DNA of 64,000 bases from NCBI RefSeq assembly GCF_000315625.1, contig NW_005434626.1, forward strand, positions 197,448-261,447, read 5' to 3'. Below, piece by piece: positions 43,101 to 55,786 of this stretch (position 1 is the stretch's first letter; the number at the start of each line of letters is the position of its first letter). The notes beneath the pieces are model-generated. The model did not search any database. It worked only from the letters and a program-made list of their open reading frames with translations, and was not told the DNA's origin. A program made the translations under genes and the position numbers. Source of the stretch: Guillardia theta CCMP2712 (lineage: Eukaryota > Protista > Cryptophyta).

Positions 43101-43903
43101 CCGAGGACCACGATGTGGAGTTCGACGCGAGCAAGGAGTGCATGTCGACCGTCCTGTCCTTCCTCGAGCAGGAGGAGGTCATTGACAACCACAACGGCTC
43201 TCTGCTCGACTGCTCCCTCTCCTGCATCTCTGAGAAGGGTCAGGACCTTCTCCTCTCCAGCCGAGCTGTTTCCGCCATCATGGGCTCCGCCAGGCCCACC
43301 AACGGCCAGTGGAAGTTCTCTCCTGTCACTATTGCCAACCTCACGGGCATGTCGCCCTCCGCCGTCCTCTCCGAGCTCCGCAAGTTCTCCTCGCAGCGGC
43401 TGATCCGCCTGCAGGCCGACAGGAAGTGCTTCGTCTGCTGTGTCCGCAAGGCTACGAGCGACGAGGAGCAGGAGGAGCTTGTCGACCGCATCCTCTCCCG
43501 CCTGCGCGGCCTGGAGGAGCGACAAGTCCGTCGAGTGCTGACGCTTGAGAGGATGATGGAGGAGGCTGATAAGATTCCCTCCCGCAGCCCCGAGCAGCAC
43601 GTGGCTCTGTCAGAGGCGGTCGGGAGGTACTTCGACTCAGCCGGGCAGGAGGAGGAGGCAAAGAAGGTGCAGGACATGCGAGGAGAAAAGTTCCTGCGAG
43701 GTGACATCATCAGCTTCTTGCACAGCTTTGCGGGAAGTCACAAGCTCTTCAACGGGCGAGTGATCGCCCGCATCTTCCATGGCCTCCCCAGCCCAGCCTT
43801 CACAGCTAGGATGTGGCAGAGGAACAGTAGCTGGGGGAGGTACAAGAGCATCGACTTTGAGCGCATCAAGGAGCTAGCAGAGGAGTTGATCAAGAAGCGA
43901 TAA
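40120..43903 (+). CDS. RECQL4: RecQ4-type DNA helicase with Sld2-like N-terminus and CCHC zinc knuckle, multi-exon
   Basis: [12 protein letters not shown]...KPKHEDI...LYRAYSKL (Sld2-like), [82 protein letters not shown]. Confidence 0.93.
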
Positions 43904-43998
43904 TAGTGACAAGTGAATATGCTATCAGGCACCAAACAATCTCTTGCTCCCTCCCCTCCCTCTTCCCTCGTCCACTCTCTCCCCGCTCTCTCCCTCGT

Positions 43999-46534
43999 CT
44001 ACGAGATGCTGCACGACTTGGCTCCGCTCCTCTTCTTGCATGCCTTCTCCTTGGGGTTGTTCGGGAGTTGCATGGCTCGGAGCCTCGCCACAAGCTCCGC
44101 AGCCGTCGGTCGCTGGTCCGCAATTCCGTGCCATGCGGACGCCATGAGGGCGGCGAGGGGCTTGTAGGAGATCTCCTCCAGGTCCGGACGGAGGTCGAAG
44201 TGGCGGGTGGCGGCATCGAGGAAGTCTTGCTGCACCTTCCCCATCAACGGCCTCTCGCCCGTGCACATGAACCACAAGACGAACGCGTAGCTGTAAACGT
44301 CCACCTTCTCCGTGTAGGCCTCGGACCGCATGACCTCAGGCGCCATGTAGCGGAGGGTCCCCGTCACCCCCGTCATCCTGTACGTCCCGTCCGACGAGTT
44401 GGCGTCGAAGATCTTGCTGAGACCGAAGTCTGAGACCTTAAGATGCCCCTCGGCCGTCAGCAGGAGGTTTCCTGGCTTGAGGTCCCGGTGGATCACGGAC
44501 GGCTGGCAGCCATGGAGGAAGCAGAGCGCCATGGCCAACTCGAGGGCCCAGCGGTGAACGACGACGACAGAGGGCCGCCATGGCGCGCTCTTCTCCGCCC
44601 GCTTCTTCTCGTACTCGTCCTCCAGCGACCCCCCGTCAAGGTACTCGCTCAGAATGATCTTGGGCTCTCCTTCCAGGCAGGCACCGAGGAAGAGCACGAG
44701 GTTAGGGTGCCTGAGCTGCGAGAGGACTTGAATTTCGTTCTGCGGGGGAAGGGTCAGGAATGGAAATGCGGACGACTGGGGTAAAGGAGGCGATCGCCAG
44801 GCAGAAGCGAGGAAGACGAGGAGGAAGGGGAGGAACAACACAGCAGCAGGAGGGGGGGTGAGGAGGAGAAGAGAAAGATCAAGGCGCAAAGGATCTGCAT
44901 GCCTGGAAGTCAAGGTCATCTGTCATCGATTCCCGATTCTTCAGCACTTTGCAAACGACTGGCATTCCTCTCCAGTCGGCTCGCAGCACGTAGCCCTGCT
45001 GCCCCTCTCCCAGCAGCTTCCCCATCTTCACCTCCTCCCTATTCACATTCCACTTCTCAGCTCGTGCTCGGATGCTCAGCGGCTTCGCGCGGTAGCTCTC
45101 AGCCTCCACCTGCCCTCGTCATCAGCACATGCCCCTCCTCCACCCACCGCCCTCTCCCTTGCCCTCATTTCACCACTCCCACTCCCCTCAGTACAAACAC
45201 CTCCTCCACCTCCTCCTCACCTGAGCCTTCACAGCTTCGATCTTGTTCTCCATGCACGCCCCGGCATCAAACAAGAGCTGCTGTACCCGGGTGTGCCCTC
45301 CCCTCACAGCGTCCTTGAGCGGACTCGCTCCCCACCGGTCCACACACATCACGTTGGCTCCGCACTGGATCAAGAACTCGACGACCTTGTCGTGCCCCTC
45401 AGCAGCTGCCAGATGCAGCGCAGAGCGACGGTCGTAGTCGCACGCGTTCACACTCGCTCCCTTCGCCACGAGATTCTTGATCTGTGCCAAGTCGCCCTTG
45501 GCGGCAGCGTTGCACATCCTGTCACCATGGTCCTTGTGGTCAGAATGATCGTCCTGCTCTCCTCGTCCTCCGGCGTTCCTCAGGATCGTCTGAACCTGCG
45601 AGTGACCTCCTCGGATAGCGTCTTTCAGAGGGTCGCCTCCCCATCTATCTGTACAATTTACATTCGCCCCATAGATTACAAGGAAGGCAACAACTTCATG
45701 ATGCCCCTCAGCGGCTGCCAGATGCAGCGCAGAGCGACGGTCGTAGTCGCACGCGTTCACACTCGCGTTCTTGGTCACCAGGCTCTTGATCTCCTCCAGA
45801 TCGCCTCTGCTCGCTGCCTTGCACATCCTCTCCCCCATTGTCATCCCATGGTCCGAGTGCTCGTCGCTCAGGCCCAGGGCTCCTGCTTCCTTGAGCAGAT
45901 CCGTCACTTTCTTGTGGTTCCCGCGCATAGCGTCCTTTAGAGCGTCTCCTCCCCACCTGTCCTTGGCGTTGATGTCTGCCTGCTTGCTCACAAGGTACTC
46001 CACCACGTCCAGATGTCCTTCAGCAGCAGCAAGATGCAGAGCCGTCCTCTGATCGTACAGGCACGCGTTCACGCTAACTCTGCACTCTATCATCCCTCTT
46101 ACAGCCTCCAGGTCACCCTTTGCCGCAAACCCGCACAGCTGCTGCCCGAGCGCCTGCTGGTCTGCCTCGTCGATCTTCGCGCCGTGCTGCAGCAGCAGGT
46201 CTCGCACAGCCGTGTGACCTCCGACGGCCGCGTCCTTGAGAGGATACCCGCCCCACCGATCCTTGACGTTGACGTTCCCTTTCTGTGAGATGAGATACCT
46301 CACCACCTCCACGTGACCCTCAGCTGCGGCCAGGTGCATGGCGTATCGCTTGTCGTAGTCGCACGTGTCCACGCTTGCGTTCGACTCCACCAGCTGCTTG
46401 ATATGCTCCAGATCTCCTTCCGACGCCGCTTCGCACAGGATCTTTCCCAGAGCTCTCTCCCGCTTTGACGCTGAGGTGTCGGTGGAGTTGGCAGACGAGT
46501 TGTCGAGAGATTCCATTGCGAGCAGAGCAGACAT
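43999..46534 (-). CDS. Ankyrin-repeat TKL protein kinase (ILK-like), 3 exons
   Basis: About 12 ANK repeats, then LGEGQQG, VVCK, HRDLKPGN, SDFG and GTLRYMAPE. Confidence 0.92.
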
Positions 46535-47829
46535 GTTATGTGATGTTCTTGAAAGTTTGACGGCTGCCAATTGGAGGAGAGAAGGCGGAGAAACAACGAT
46601 TACTGTGCACACATTGCTTTACCCCGACCTGCAACATGGTCAGTCCATAACTGCCACAGGACATGACAGGACAGGACAGGAAGCGTGAAAAAAATAAATA
46701 GCCAACACAACTACTGTAAGAAAATTTCTTCAAATGACAACCGACTATACCCTAACTGTGATGTTCACGTCCCATGGACTTGCTCGAACGGTCGTTGGTC
46801 GTTGTCTCACTCGCTGGCAGTCATCATCAACACACCCTAAAATTACCTTCGCCTCCATAAAGTCTTCATCTTCGTCATCTTCATAATCATCATAGTAATC
46901 ATCAACTCTATACATTGAAAATCACGTATCATCGCACATTTCTGCACCCCTCAAAGAGTTCAAAAAATCGAAGGGGCACTGGTGTTTCTTGCATCATGAA
47001 GAAATCTTCTAGACCAGCGCATCCTTAGACACAACATCAACTACATCATTCAGCCTTCTCTGCTTCATCCCCAGCTCTCTCCTCCCCCCTGCCCAGCCTC
47101 CCATGTCAAGCACCGCTTGGTCTGCATAGTAGTAACTGCTAGTACAAAAAGTCTCGTGCACTATTACACTTTTGGGTTTTTAAAAAATACGAAAATACTC
47201 TTTGTCGATTTATATAACTAATTTTTAATGGATCTTTTCGATTACGTACCCGTTCAACGGAGTTTAGAAAAAAATTACTGATTTATTTTGGTAGAAAGAT
47301 ACAACTCAATTGTATATAAAAGTTTTTTGAAGACAAGAATTATCTTTTAGGTAGTTTTATCTTTTGTTGTTCAATCGACTCCCCAAAATGAGGAGAGGGC
47401 CACCCCTACCCCACCACAACCTTCTCAATGACCCCACCCTGACAATAGTTTCTCGGTCATTGTTGACTCTTGCAAGGGCCCACCCCCAGTTCCTCATGAC
47501 CCCACCCCACCCCACCATTGGGACCATCCTCGATCTATCGCCTTGGTGGGTGGTATTTCGGGGTTGGAATAACTTATAGTTTTGATTTTTGTTGCCTCAG
47601 TTTTGTGACCCCCCTCTTCCAGGTTCAAGGTACCCCTGGTCAACAAGGAGACCTTTCACCTGCCCTCATCTCCACTATGATCCCCACCAACCTTCCGACG
47701 TGACGAGGAGGCGGTGTAGTCAAAAATTGTCAAACAAAGATGTAATTTGAATTATTGAATATGGATATTTGAAATTTTCAGATCAATGTTCGCCACTTGC
47801 CAAATCTGTTTAAGCTGTTTCGATTTTCA

Positions 47830-48430
47830 GCGGCGGCCGGCCCGGGCCGCTCACACCGCCGCACGGTCCCGCTCAGCCCGGCCGCGGCCCCGCGTTCCGA
47901 CCGGGGAGTCGCCGCCCGGGGGCCCGATACGACGTGAGCTTGAGTCTCTTCAGCCTTAAATGAAAGCCGGCAACTGGCAAGTCAGGCGAGTCGGTGGCAC
48001 TCGTCGGAGTGACACAGGCCGGCCGCTCAGTCACCGCCGGCGCCGGGTGTGACAGTGGCCCGGCGGCGGGCCGGGGACTCGGTCCCGGCGGACTCCGGGA
48101 GTCTGCCAGGGGCCCGGCGGCCCCGCGCCCGGGCGGGCCACTGCACCCCGGTCACCGGGTGCGGCCTCAGGCTGGGACACTCCGAGGCTCACTCAGGCCC
48201 GATGCCTGGCCAACGGTCACCGGGTGCCAGCCTGGCCGCTGACGGTCGCTCCGGGACGGGAGTCGGGCGGGGCAAGAGGCTCGCGGCCCGGGCCTCCGGA
48301 CCGACTCTCCGACGCCGTGACTCCGGACCGGGACCGAATCTTCACTCAAAGTTAAGTTAGAAATCAGTACCGGGCGAGGACCCAGCTTTACTCAACTTGA
48401 AGTGAAGTTAAAAGGCGAGGACAATCAGGA
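47830..48430. repeat. GC-rich patch ending in two copies of the dispersed AT-rich motif
   Basis: ACTCAAAGTTAAGTTAGAAATCAGTAC at 48344-48370; degenerate copy at about 48387-48428. Confidence 0.72.
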
Positions 48431-48920
48431 ACCCTCACTGAGTCAGTTTTCGTTACCTCCCTCTGAGGCGGGGCCTACTCTTGCCGTCAACTTTCTGCAA
48501 GCCAGTGGATTTTGACCACGGCGTGGCCTGAGATGCTCTGGCAGGGCCCGGGGTGGTACCGTACCCCATCAGTGAGTTGACTACCCCTGACAAGTCTCTT
48601 TTAAAAGGGGGTCTTAAGACTACCCTACCTAGCAGAGGACTTGTAATATTCAATAGCCTGTGCGGAATACTACCGCCCTAAGAAACTGCACCACCCTCTT
48701 TGAGCGACATACCCCTTCATAATTAAAAGTACCGGTCATTTTCACTTGTCTCCACCCACTTTCAAAGGCAGCCATATGTGAAAAATCGAATCATGACCCC
48801 TTACATGATGACCCCTACCTCCTCCGGGCACAGCGAATTCCAATCCATCCCACCAGGGGATCAGGTTTCCGGGCACGACAATGAGCGGCGGTGAGATAAT
48901 CATGCGCACTGCGCGAGTCG

Positions 48921-50518
48921 ATGGAGGCCGCTGGAGGAGGAACGTGGAGGAACGTGAAGCTCAAACGAGAGGACGTTGAGACAGATAGCACTACAGAGGA
49001 AGAAGAAATGAGCAGAGTTCTTGCTATGCGACAATGAAGCAAGTTGAAACATGCCGCCCTCTTGGAAAATGTGATGCTGAAACCATGCAGGCTAGAATCG
49101 ATAGAAGGCAATTTAGCAAAAAGCATCTATTTAACCATCATGATGATTGTTCCTTTGTTTGACACAATTTCTTTCAGTCCTTGGAACTTCGATCATGCGG
49201 CGAGTTGAAGCTTGAAAGGACAGCTGCTCCGACATCTGGTATTCTGTCAGTCGTTGAGTGGCAGAATGAAGGACACCAACAAGATTCCGTCAATACTGTT
49301 GAATCGATTCAAGACATGCTGGTCCAAAGTGAATGATGTTGTAAAATCTTTCCAATCAGACGGAAAGAAGCACTGGTCTAAACAAGTTTTCTTGAATTTC
49401 TGTACGAAGATCGGTTGTAACCTCCTCGAAAAGGAGATAAATGAAATTTTTGACAATTACGCTGTAAACGAGCAACTCAACTATGCAAGATTGATCGAAG
49501 ATGCTAAAGATATCATCTATCCTCAGGAAGCTGTATCATTTGTATTTTGCGAAGATTGAATGTTTGACGGAATCGCAGGTAGGCGTTGGGGCTCTCCTTC
49601 AATCTGGGGGGGACAATCACAAGGCTCGGTCAGGACGAGCCATCAACATCCCTCTGTTGCAGGCAGGATGGAACAACAGGCATCATCAAGCCATGGATAG
49701 CTCTAATGAGGGGCAGACGTGCATACAAAATGTGTTGGAGGGCAAATTCTACCATGAAAAACACCCCAGTGTTACGACCAAAGACTTCTGTAGAGGATCT
49801 CGGGGTGCTGAGATTGACAAGAAGCTGAATCAGCCGCTGGTCAAATCGCTGATTGAAGGTGAGTACTACTTCACCAAGTACGACCATGTCGCCAAGAACC
49901 GGAAGCACACCAACTTCATCTCTCAGAACCGAAGGCTCGCTGCCGACTACTCTCAGTTCATGATCGATGCCCGAAGAAGCATGCACGAGCTGTCTATGGA
50001 CCCCTCCAGAACTGCAACTCCTCAGATCTCAGTTCCCTTGGCAAAGTACTCGAGATTGCGCAAGTCAACTTCAAGGCAGTCATACGACTATGGCTCCCAG
50101 TCGTTGCTGTCCTTGAGCATGTACCCCAATTCTGGCTCGGAGGTGGGGTCGCAAAGAACGAGCAGGAGAGGAGGGAGCATACGCCTTGGAAAGAGCGACC
50201 ACACCGTGACACATACTATCGGCAATACCAGATCGATCTCGAGGAGACCTCAATCTGCTACACATTTGCGAACTGAAATAGCAGACTTTTCATTCGACGA
50301 AGGGCATTCCAAACCTGTATCGAGGTCCCCCGGACATGTTCAGGTGACGTTGAATTTCCCTAGGGGTCACGACTGAAGTTATGTTGCACCAGCCATCAAT
50401 GTTGCCCCCTCCACCACGATATGGTGTGGACAAGAAGATCTTGGCAGATGCTACTGCTGTGGCCAGAAGTAGAATTAACGGGGTTAGACTTGACCCTGAG
50501 ACAAGGCGAGCGAAATGA
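48921..50518 (+). CDS. Hypothetical multi-exon protein with a degenerate EF-hand-like region
   Basis: FLNFCTKIGCNLLEKEINEIFDNY...LNYARLI; long ORF 49501-50376. Ends uncertain. Confidence 0.5.
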
Positions 50519-50584
50519 TTTAGACATTCGTTGTTTCAAGGAAAATCTCGTTGGAAGAAATTGACCAACGTCACCATATGATCA

Positions 50585-51560
50585 CTACCACCTGTAGATG
50601 TTCGCAATAAACTTCTCTTCGTGGATCTCAAGGGTACATGCAGACTTGGGAAGAGAAAATCTCCTGGGCCCCGCACTACCAGGGTTAATGAACAATCGTC
50701 CCTGTTCAATGAACCGTATGAGACAACAAAGTCATATCGCAATCTTTACCTCATGGTACCATATCCTCGACTGATGTGAGTGACCGAAAACAATGACATC
50801 GAGTCTGTGCGCATTCACAACCTCTTGGGCGTTGGCTGGGTCGCCGGTGATATCTTGCAGTCTTTCTGCAACGAATTCGTCTGTGGACTTGCAATCATGA
50901 AGATTCTCCTGTCGATTCCGGCTCTCCTTGTCAAATGTGTAACTGGAACAAGGCTCAGCACCTTGCGTCTCTTTCCCTGCTTCTTTGGGGAATCCACAGA
51001 TATGTAGAAGCAGCGCAGAAGATGCCCCAGGCAACCCTTGCCTGACCGAGTAGAGGGGAAAGTCGAGAGTGAAATCTAGCGGGGTGTTGGTAGAAAATCC
51101 TTTCTGACCTGAGAAAACAAAACGTATGTGAGGGATGAATCGCGTGTGGATTGTTACAATCAAAATGCATCGGAAGTGCTCACACCTCGTATTCCTCCAG
51201 CGAAAGTGTCTACATTTCCACGAACCATGCAAGTTACAGGAGCAATGTTATTCAGCTCCTTGAGGACATCCCATGCTGATTGATAACTGCCATTCTTGCC
51301 AGCATGGTCACCGCCATGCCAAATCTCATGTACACCATCGAAGATATCTCTAAGTCTTGCATCGAAGCAGCCATGTGTATCGCTGACGATTCCGACTTTG
51401 ATGTAAGCTTGTGACGAACAGCACCGGCTTCGCATGCTGTGAAGCTCCATGAAACCCTCAGATCTCTCTTGGTCTCTCTCATGAACCACTGCTCTTCGTC
51501 TCTTGCCCTTGTCTCTTTCCGTTCGACTGCCTTCCATGGATCCTCGCTTCCCGTCCACCA
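50585..51560 (-). CDS. YfcE/MJ0936-family metallophosphoesterase, multi-exon
   Basis: VGIVSDTHG, WHGGD, VRGNVD, VFGHSH, FINPGSAGPRRF. Confidence 0.88.
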
Positions 51561-51673
51561 TCACACCACCGCAGGTAGGACTACCCGGCACTTGGCCCAA
51601 CAAGTACCCCACCCTGGCTGTAGCCAACAAAATGATTCCAGGGACGAAAAGAACACTTGACCCACGAGTCGGC

Positions 51674-51880
51674 AAGAGCAGCAGGAAAGAGACAAGAAAG
51701 CGCAGGTAGAGCAGCAGAAAAGAGACAAGAAAGCGCAGGTAGAGCAGCAGGAAAGAGACAAGAAAGCGCAGGTAGAGAAGCAGGCAAGAGACGAGAAAGC
51801 GCAGGTAGAGCAGCAGGAAAGAGACAAGAAAGCGCAGGTAGAGCAGCAGGAAAGAGACAAGAAAGCGCAGGTAGAGCAGC
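51674..51880. repeat. 33-bp minisatellite, about 6 units
   Basis: AGAGCAGCAGGAAAGAGACAAGAAAGCGCAGGT repeated with few substitutions. Confidence 0.95.
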
Positions 51881-52470
51881 GACACACGGACGAGCTCAAG
51901 AGCTGAACCTTGACAGGTGATACTCGTGATACATGCACCAGACATCCGAGTTTCAGCGTTACACTGCGTATCAGGTGGAAAGCTGGTTTGAACGCTGGGT
52001 AAAGATCAAATCTTGCAATCTATTCCTTTCTGTTTCGATGAACATGCTTGTTTTGTTCCACTTTGCTGCATATGCCATCTGATCTCTACACGAGAATTAG
52101 TTTGGTGGCCGTAAAGCTTTCAGTGGGAGGAGTCATTGCCGGCTCAGTTGGGTTTCATGTGGCCCATCGGAAATTTCATTTGTACTACTTTCACTCTGCA
52201 GAGCAATGCCGTATTCTTGAATGCAACAGCCAGACGTCAGTCAGGACTAGAGACAGCTGGTATATGGAATGCTGGAGGACGAACTCTATAAAACTCAGTC
52301 TGCCGAATGGCTTTCAAAGCTCACTTTTTCAAATTATGACCAAAGCATAGAAAAAAAACAGAGGCCTATGAAAAATTGGTTTATTCCGTTGAACCAAAAG
52401 CAAACAAGCAACTTATGTACAGGATACTGTGTAGATTACAACACCAGAGTACATGCCGAATGAGTTTGAC

Positions 52471-52761
52471 TCACAACTCTGGTCGAACGTATTCGAACTC
52501 CAGCATCTCTTCTTCCTCTTCCTTCTTGACTGGGAAAATTTTGTAAACTGCTATTCCCGATATGAACGAGAGGCCTATGGCTGAAAAGATCATGACGGCG
52601 CCGGGGGCGAGTAGAACTGGAATCATCTTTGTAGAAACCACGTAGTGTAGATTTTTGAGTTTCACTCCTTGATCTCTTTGGCACTTTGCGTTGGGCGATG
52701 TGTATCCTCTGAGCAGATCAGCACAAACGTGACTATTGATGTCTACTACTCTCTTGCTCAC
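52471..52761 (-). CDS. Small single-pass membrane protein (hypothetical)
   Basis: Hydrophobic segment IPVLLAPGAVMIFSAIGLSFISGIAVY followed by an acidic tail. Confidence 0.35.
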   Translation of the reverse strand: MSKRVVDINSHVCADLLRGYTSPNAKCQRDQGVKLKNLHYVVSTKMIPVLLAPGAVMIFSAIGLSFISGIAVYKIFPVKKEEEEEMLEFEYVRPEL

Positions 52762-53413
52762 TTTGACTTCGATCTCGTTTCCTTCTCACTATTACACTCT
52801 TCCAGTTGGTTTCCTGTTTCCCTGTTGTTTGTTTTTATCCACTATCCACCCTACCCCTTTCATCCACAATCAAACTACACACACTGCACATGCTGATGAC
52901 ATACTGTTGTCTACTACATCCAAGGTACACTGTTTTATATGTATTTCACTATGTAAAAGTTGTATAACTGCTACCATACCTCTCCAAAGCCTTCCATGTA
53001 TCCCACCCCTACCCTATCTGGCTATAACCCCACCCCCTGTGCACACCCGGCCTCCCTTCTTCGGTCAGCAGTACAAGCCTCCCATTTCTATGAGGATACC
53101 CCTACTTTATATTAGAAAATAGGGGGTACGGTATACTGGATACGCCTCCCCACAGGATCAAACACAACGAAAAATACTTGTACGTTTATAAGCATATATT
53201 TTGAGCGACTGGTACAAACTAGTTGAGCTGGATCAGCACCACTACGTATCATTGAATTTGTACTATACTTGTAGTACCTGTAGTACTGTATATAATTTTA
53301 AAAAATCCGTATTAATTAAAAAAGATGAGCGGCGCCAGCCGGGGCCGGTCGAGCCTGACGTCACCCGGTACACCAGCTAGCCGCTTATTTCGTAAGGCGC
53401 AATCTGAGGCGCA

Positions 53414-54777
53414 ATGGTGGCGACGGGGCTGTGGGTCGTCATGGCTGTGAGTCTAGCGATGAGGGAAGGAGAAGCCTTCTTGCTGTCGACTTCGCCTTCT
53501 ACTCATCGACGTGTAGATGTTCTCACTTCAAGTCGCATGTATCCTTCAATTGATTTTCAAGTTTCTCCTCTTACGCTAGGAGATCGCAAGCGCTTTACTA
53601 CTCTGACCCGTCTTTCTATGCAAGAGGATAAAGATGCTGCCACGGGGTTTTCAGAGGAGAGCTTTACTGTATCAATTCAGGACGAAGTGGACGACGATAA
53701 TGTTGTATTGAAACTGCCAAACCCCGATCCCAAAAAGGATGTACAATCGCTTCAACTTCGCTTGTTCAAGGCATGCTGTGGTCTGGACCGTGGGGCGGCA
53801 GCGGGTGACAGTGAGCGAAGGACTGTGTTCGATGTAGTCAACAGTCTTGAAGACCTCATCACAGATGGACGAGAGTTCGAAGTAATCCACCTCCTGTCTC
53901 ATTTGTGTTTCATTCACATTAATGCCCGGTATGATTGCAGGAGGACGGACTCTGGAGGCTGATTTTTTCTTCGGCCTTGTCAGCTGGGAGTGGTAGTGGA
54001 GGAGGAGCAGGAAGGAATTCTCTCCCAATCTTCCAGACTCCTGATACTGCCAGACTCTCCCTGGGTCCGGGATCCACAGTCGGACAGGTACCAGGGCAGC
54101 TGCCTGTTGTCCTAGTGTTCTAGTTTCGTGACAGGCGTGCTTCGAAAGGTGTACCAGAGGGTGCAGAGGAGGAAGAAGAGCCTTGACAACATCGTTGAGT
54201 TTGTGTTCCGTGCGCCACTCGTTTCTGCTGTAAGATTGTCTTGCGAAAAAGACATGCTTCACTTGTGAGGCTCTTGGCAGCTGCAGATCAAGACTGTCTT
54301 GAATCTCAACCACAGACTTGAATCCGAGGGCAACAACAAGCACAAGATCATTCTACGGAATGTCACGGCAAGAGCAGCTCGTCTGCAGGAGGAGCAGGGA
54401 GGGACTGACGGGCTCCACCACGTCAGGTGCGCAATCCAGGAGGACCGATCCGAACGCTTGGGTTGAAACCTCTCTCACTGCCCGTGATTGAGAGCATCAG
54501 CGAGCAGGTGCGAGAGAGGCGCTCTTGTTTGCTTCATTCTCATCCTCATCCTTATCCCTATCCCCCTTCTCGGCCTTTCTCTCTTCCACCCTCCTCCTCT
54601 TTCCTCTTACCTCATCATCATCATCATCATCCCTCCTCCTCCTTATCCCTCCTCCTGCTGCACCTTCCTGAGCTTGACATGCAGGGAGCTGGCGTGTTTG
54701 AGACGACGTACTGTGACGACATGCTACGAATCACTCGCGGCGATAGAGGGGAGCTGAGGATATTTTGTAAAGAATAG
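53414..54777 (+). CDS. Plastid lipid-associated protein / fibrillin family, plastid-targeted, multi-exon
   Basis: Signal peptide ending GEA|FLL plus an S/T-rich transit peptide; GLDRGAAA, GLWRLIFSS, GQVYQ, FETTYCDDMLRITRGDRGELRIF. Confidence 0.88.
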
Positions 54778-55518
54778 AGTGTATGACGAGGGATCGAGAT
54801 CTTTCCATTGGTTTCACCTGATTTGACTGCTGGATCCGTGAAGGATGGCGGGTGCAGGTGGTACAACACGGAGGAGTGATATGGCTGGTTATGCAGTCAA
54901 GTGCCGTTGCCAAGCGCGAACTTTCAGCTTCGTTGGGAGTTAGATATATGTTTTGAAGAGTCGTATTCATCGACAAAGATCTTAGCTTTCAGATCATCTT
55001 CATCGAATGGATCTCCCTCCCTATCTTGTATATCATTCTTGACCTGACCTCTTTCTCCTGGCATCTTGGATCGACTTTTGTACACAGCACACTGAGATCA
55101 CTCCATATATGGCAAGGCTGAAATGCCCCCGTCTCATCCTCAATCGAAAGATGTGCGTCTGTTTGCATGAACACCAACATAGTCAGCTCAACCATGCTTT
55201 TTGACCTTTCTTCTCCTGAATCACTTGAATTGCTCCTCCTCCTCTCGTTCCATCCCTCCCTCCCTCCTTCGCCCCCCCTTCCCTCTCCATTCTCTCCCTC
55301 CCTTCCTCCTCTCCCTTTCCTGCCCCTCAATCACGGACGCATAGCGCGTCTAAAAGTTGAAGGGTTCCTACCCAGGTTCCTACCGTCCTGTCAGGGATGA
55401 GGGGTCCGATCGGAAGGAGCGCAAGCAGGGGTGGTATTATGGTCGGCTCCACGGGTGGTACATACGGGAGGCTCAAGGCCGAAGCAGGAGTCAGGATCAG
55501 TGAAATGAGATGAAGATG

Positions 55519-55603
55519 AGAGGAGGGGAGAGGAGGAGAGAGGAGGGGAGAGGAGGGGAGAGGAGGGGAGAGGAGGAGAGAGGAGGAGAGAGGAGGGGAG
55601 AGG
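55519..55603. repeat. (GAGGA/GGGGA)n purine-only repeat
   Basis: Visible pentamer/decamer run; similar tracts at 1439-1515 and 42561-42606. Confidence 0.85.
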
Positions 55604-55786
55604 ATTGCGGGGAAGGGAAGTCATGAGGTGGAATAGAAGGTAGGATAAGACACAGATTCGAGCGATTTAAATACCAAATGATCCACAAGCTCCGCGCTGG
55701 AGCATGCATGAACGTTAGAGATATTGATTGTGCTGGCTCTTCCGAGCTGTTTCCTGCTCTTGATCCTGCTGATCAGATCTGTCTAG

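Noticed and set aside
51674-51880. Possible CRISPR array
   Set aside because: Units are head-to-tail with no unique spacers, there are no cas genes, and the context is eukaryotic.
51160-51945. Minus-strand ORF with a (LLYLRFLVSFL)n 'transmembrane' repeat
   Set aside because: The hydrophobic repeat is the reverse translation of the 33-bp minisatellite; only the 3' part is the phosphoesterase.
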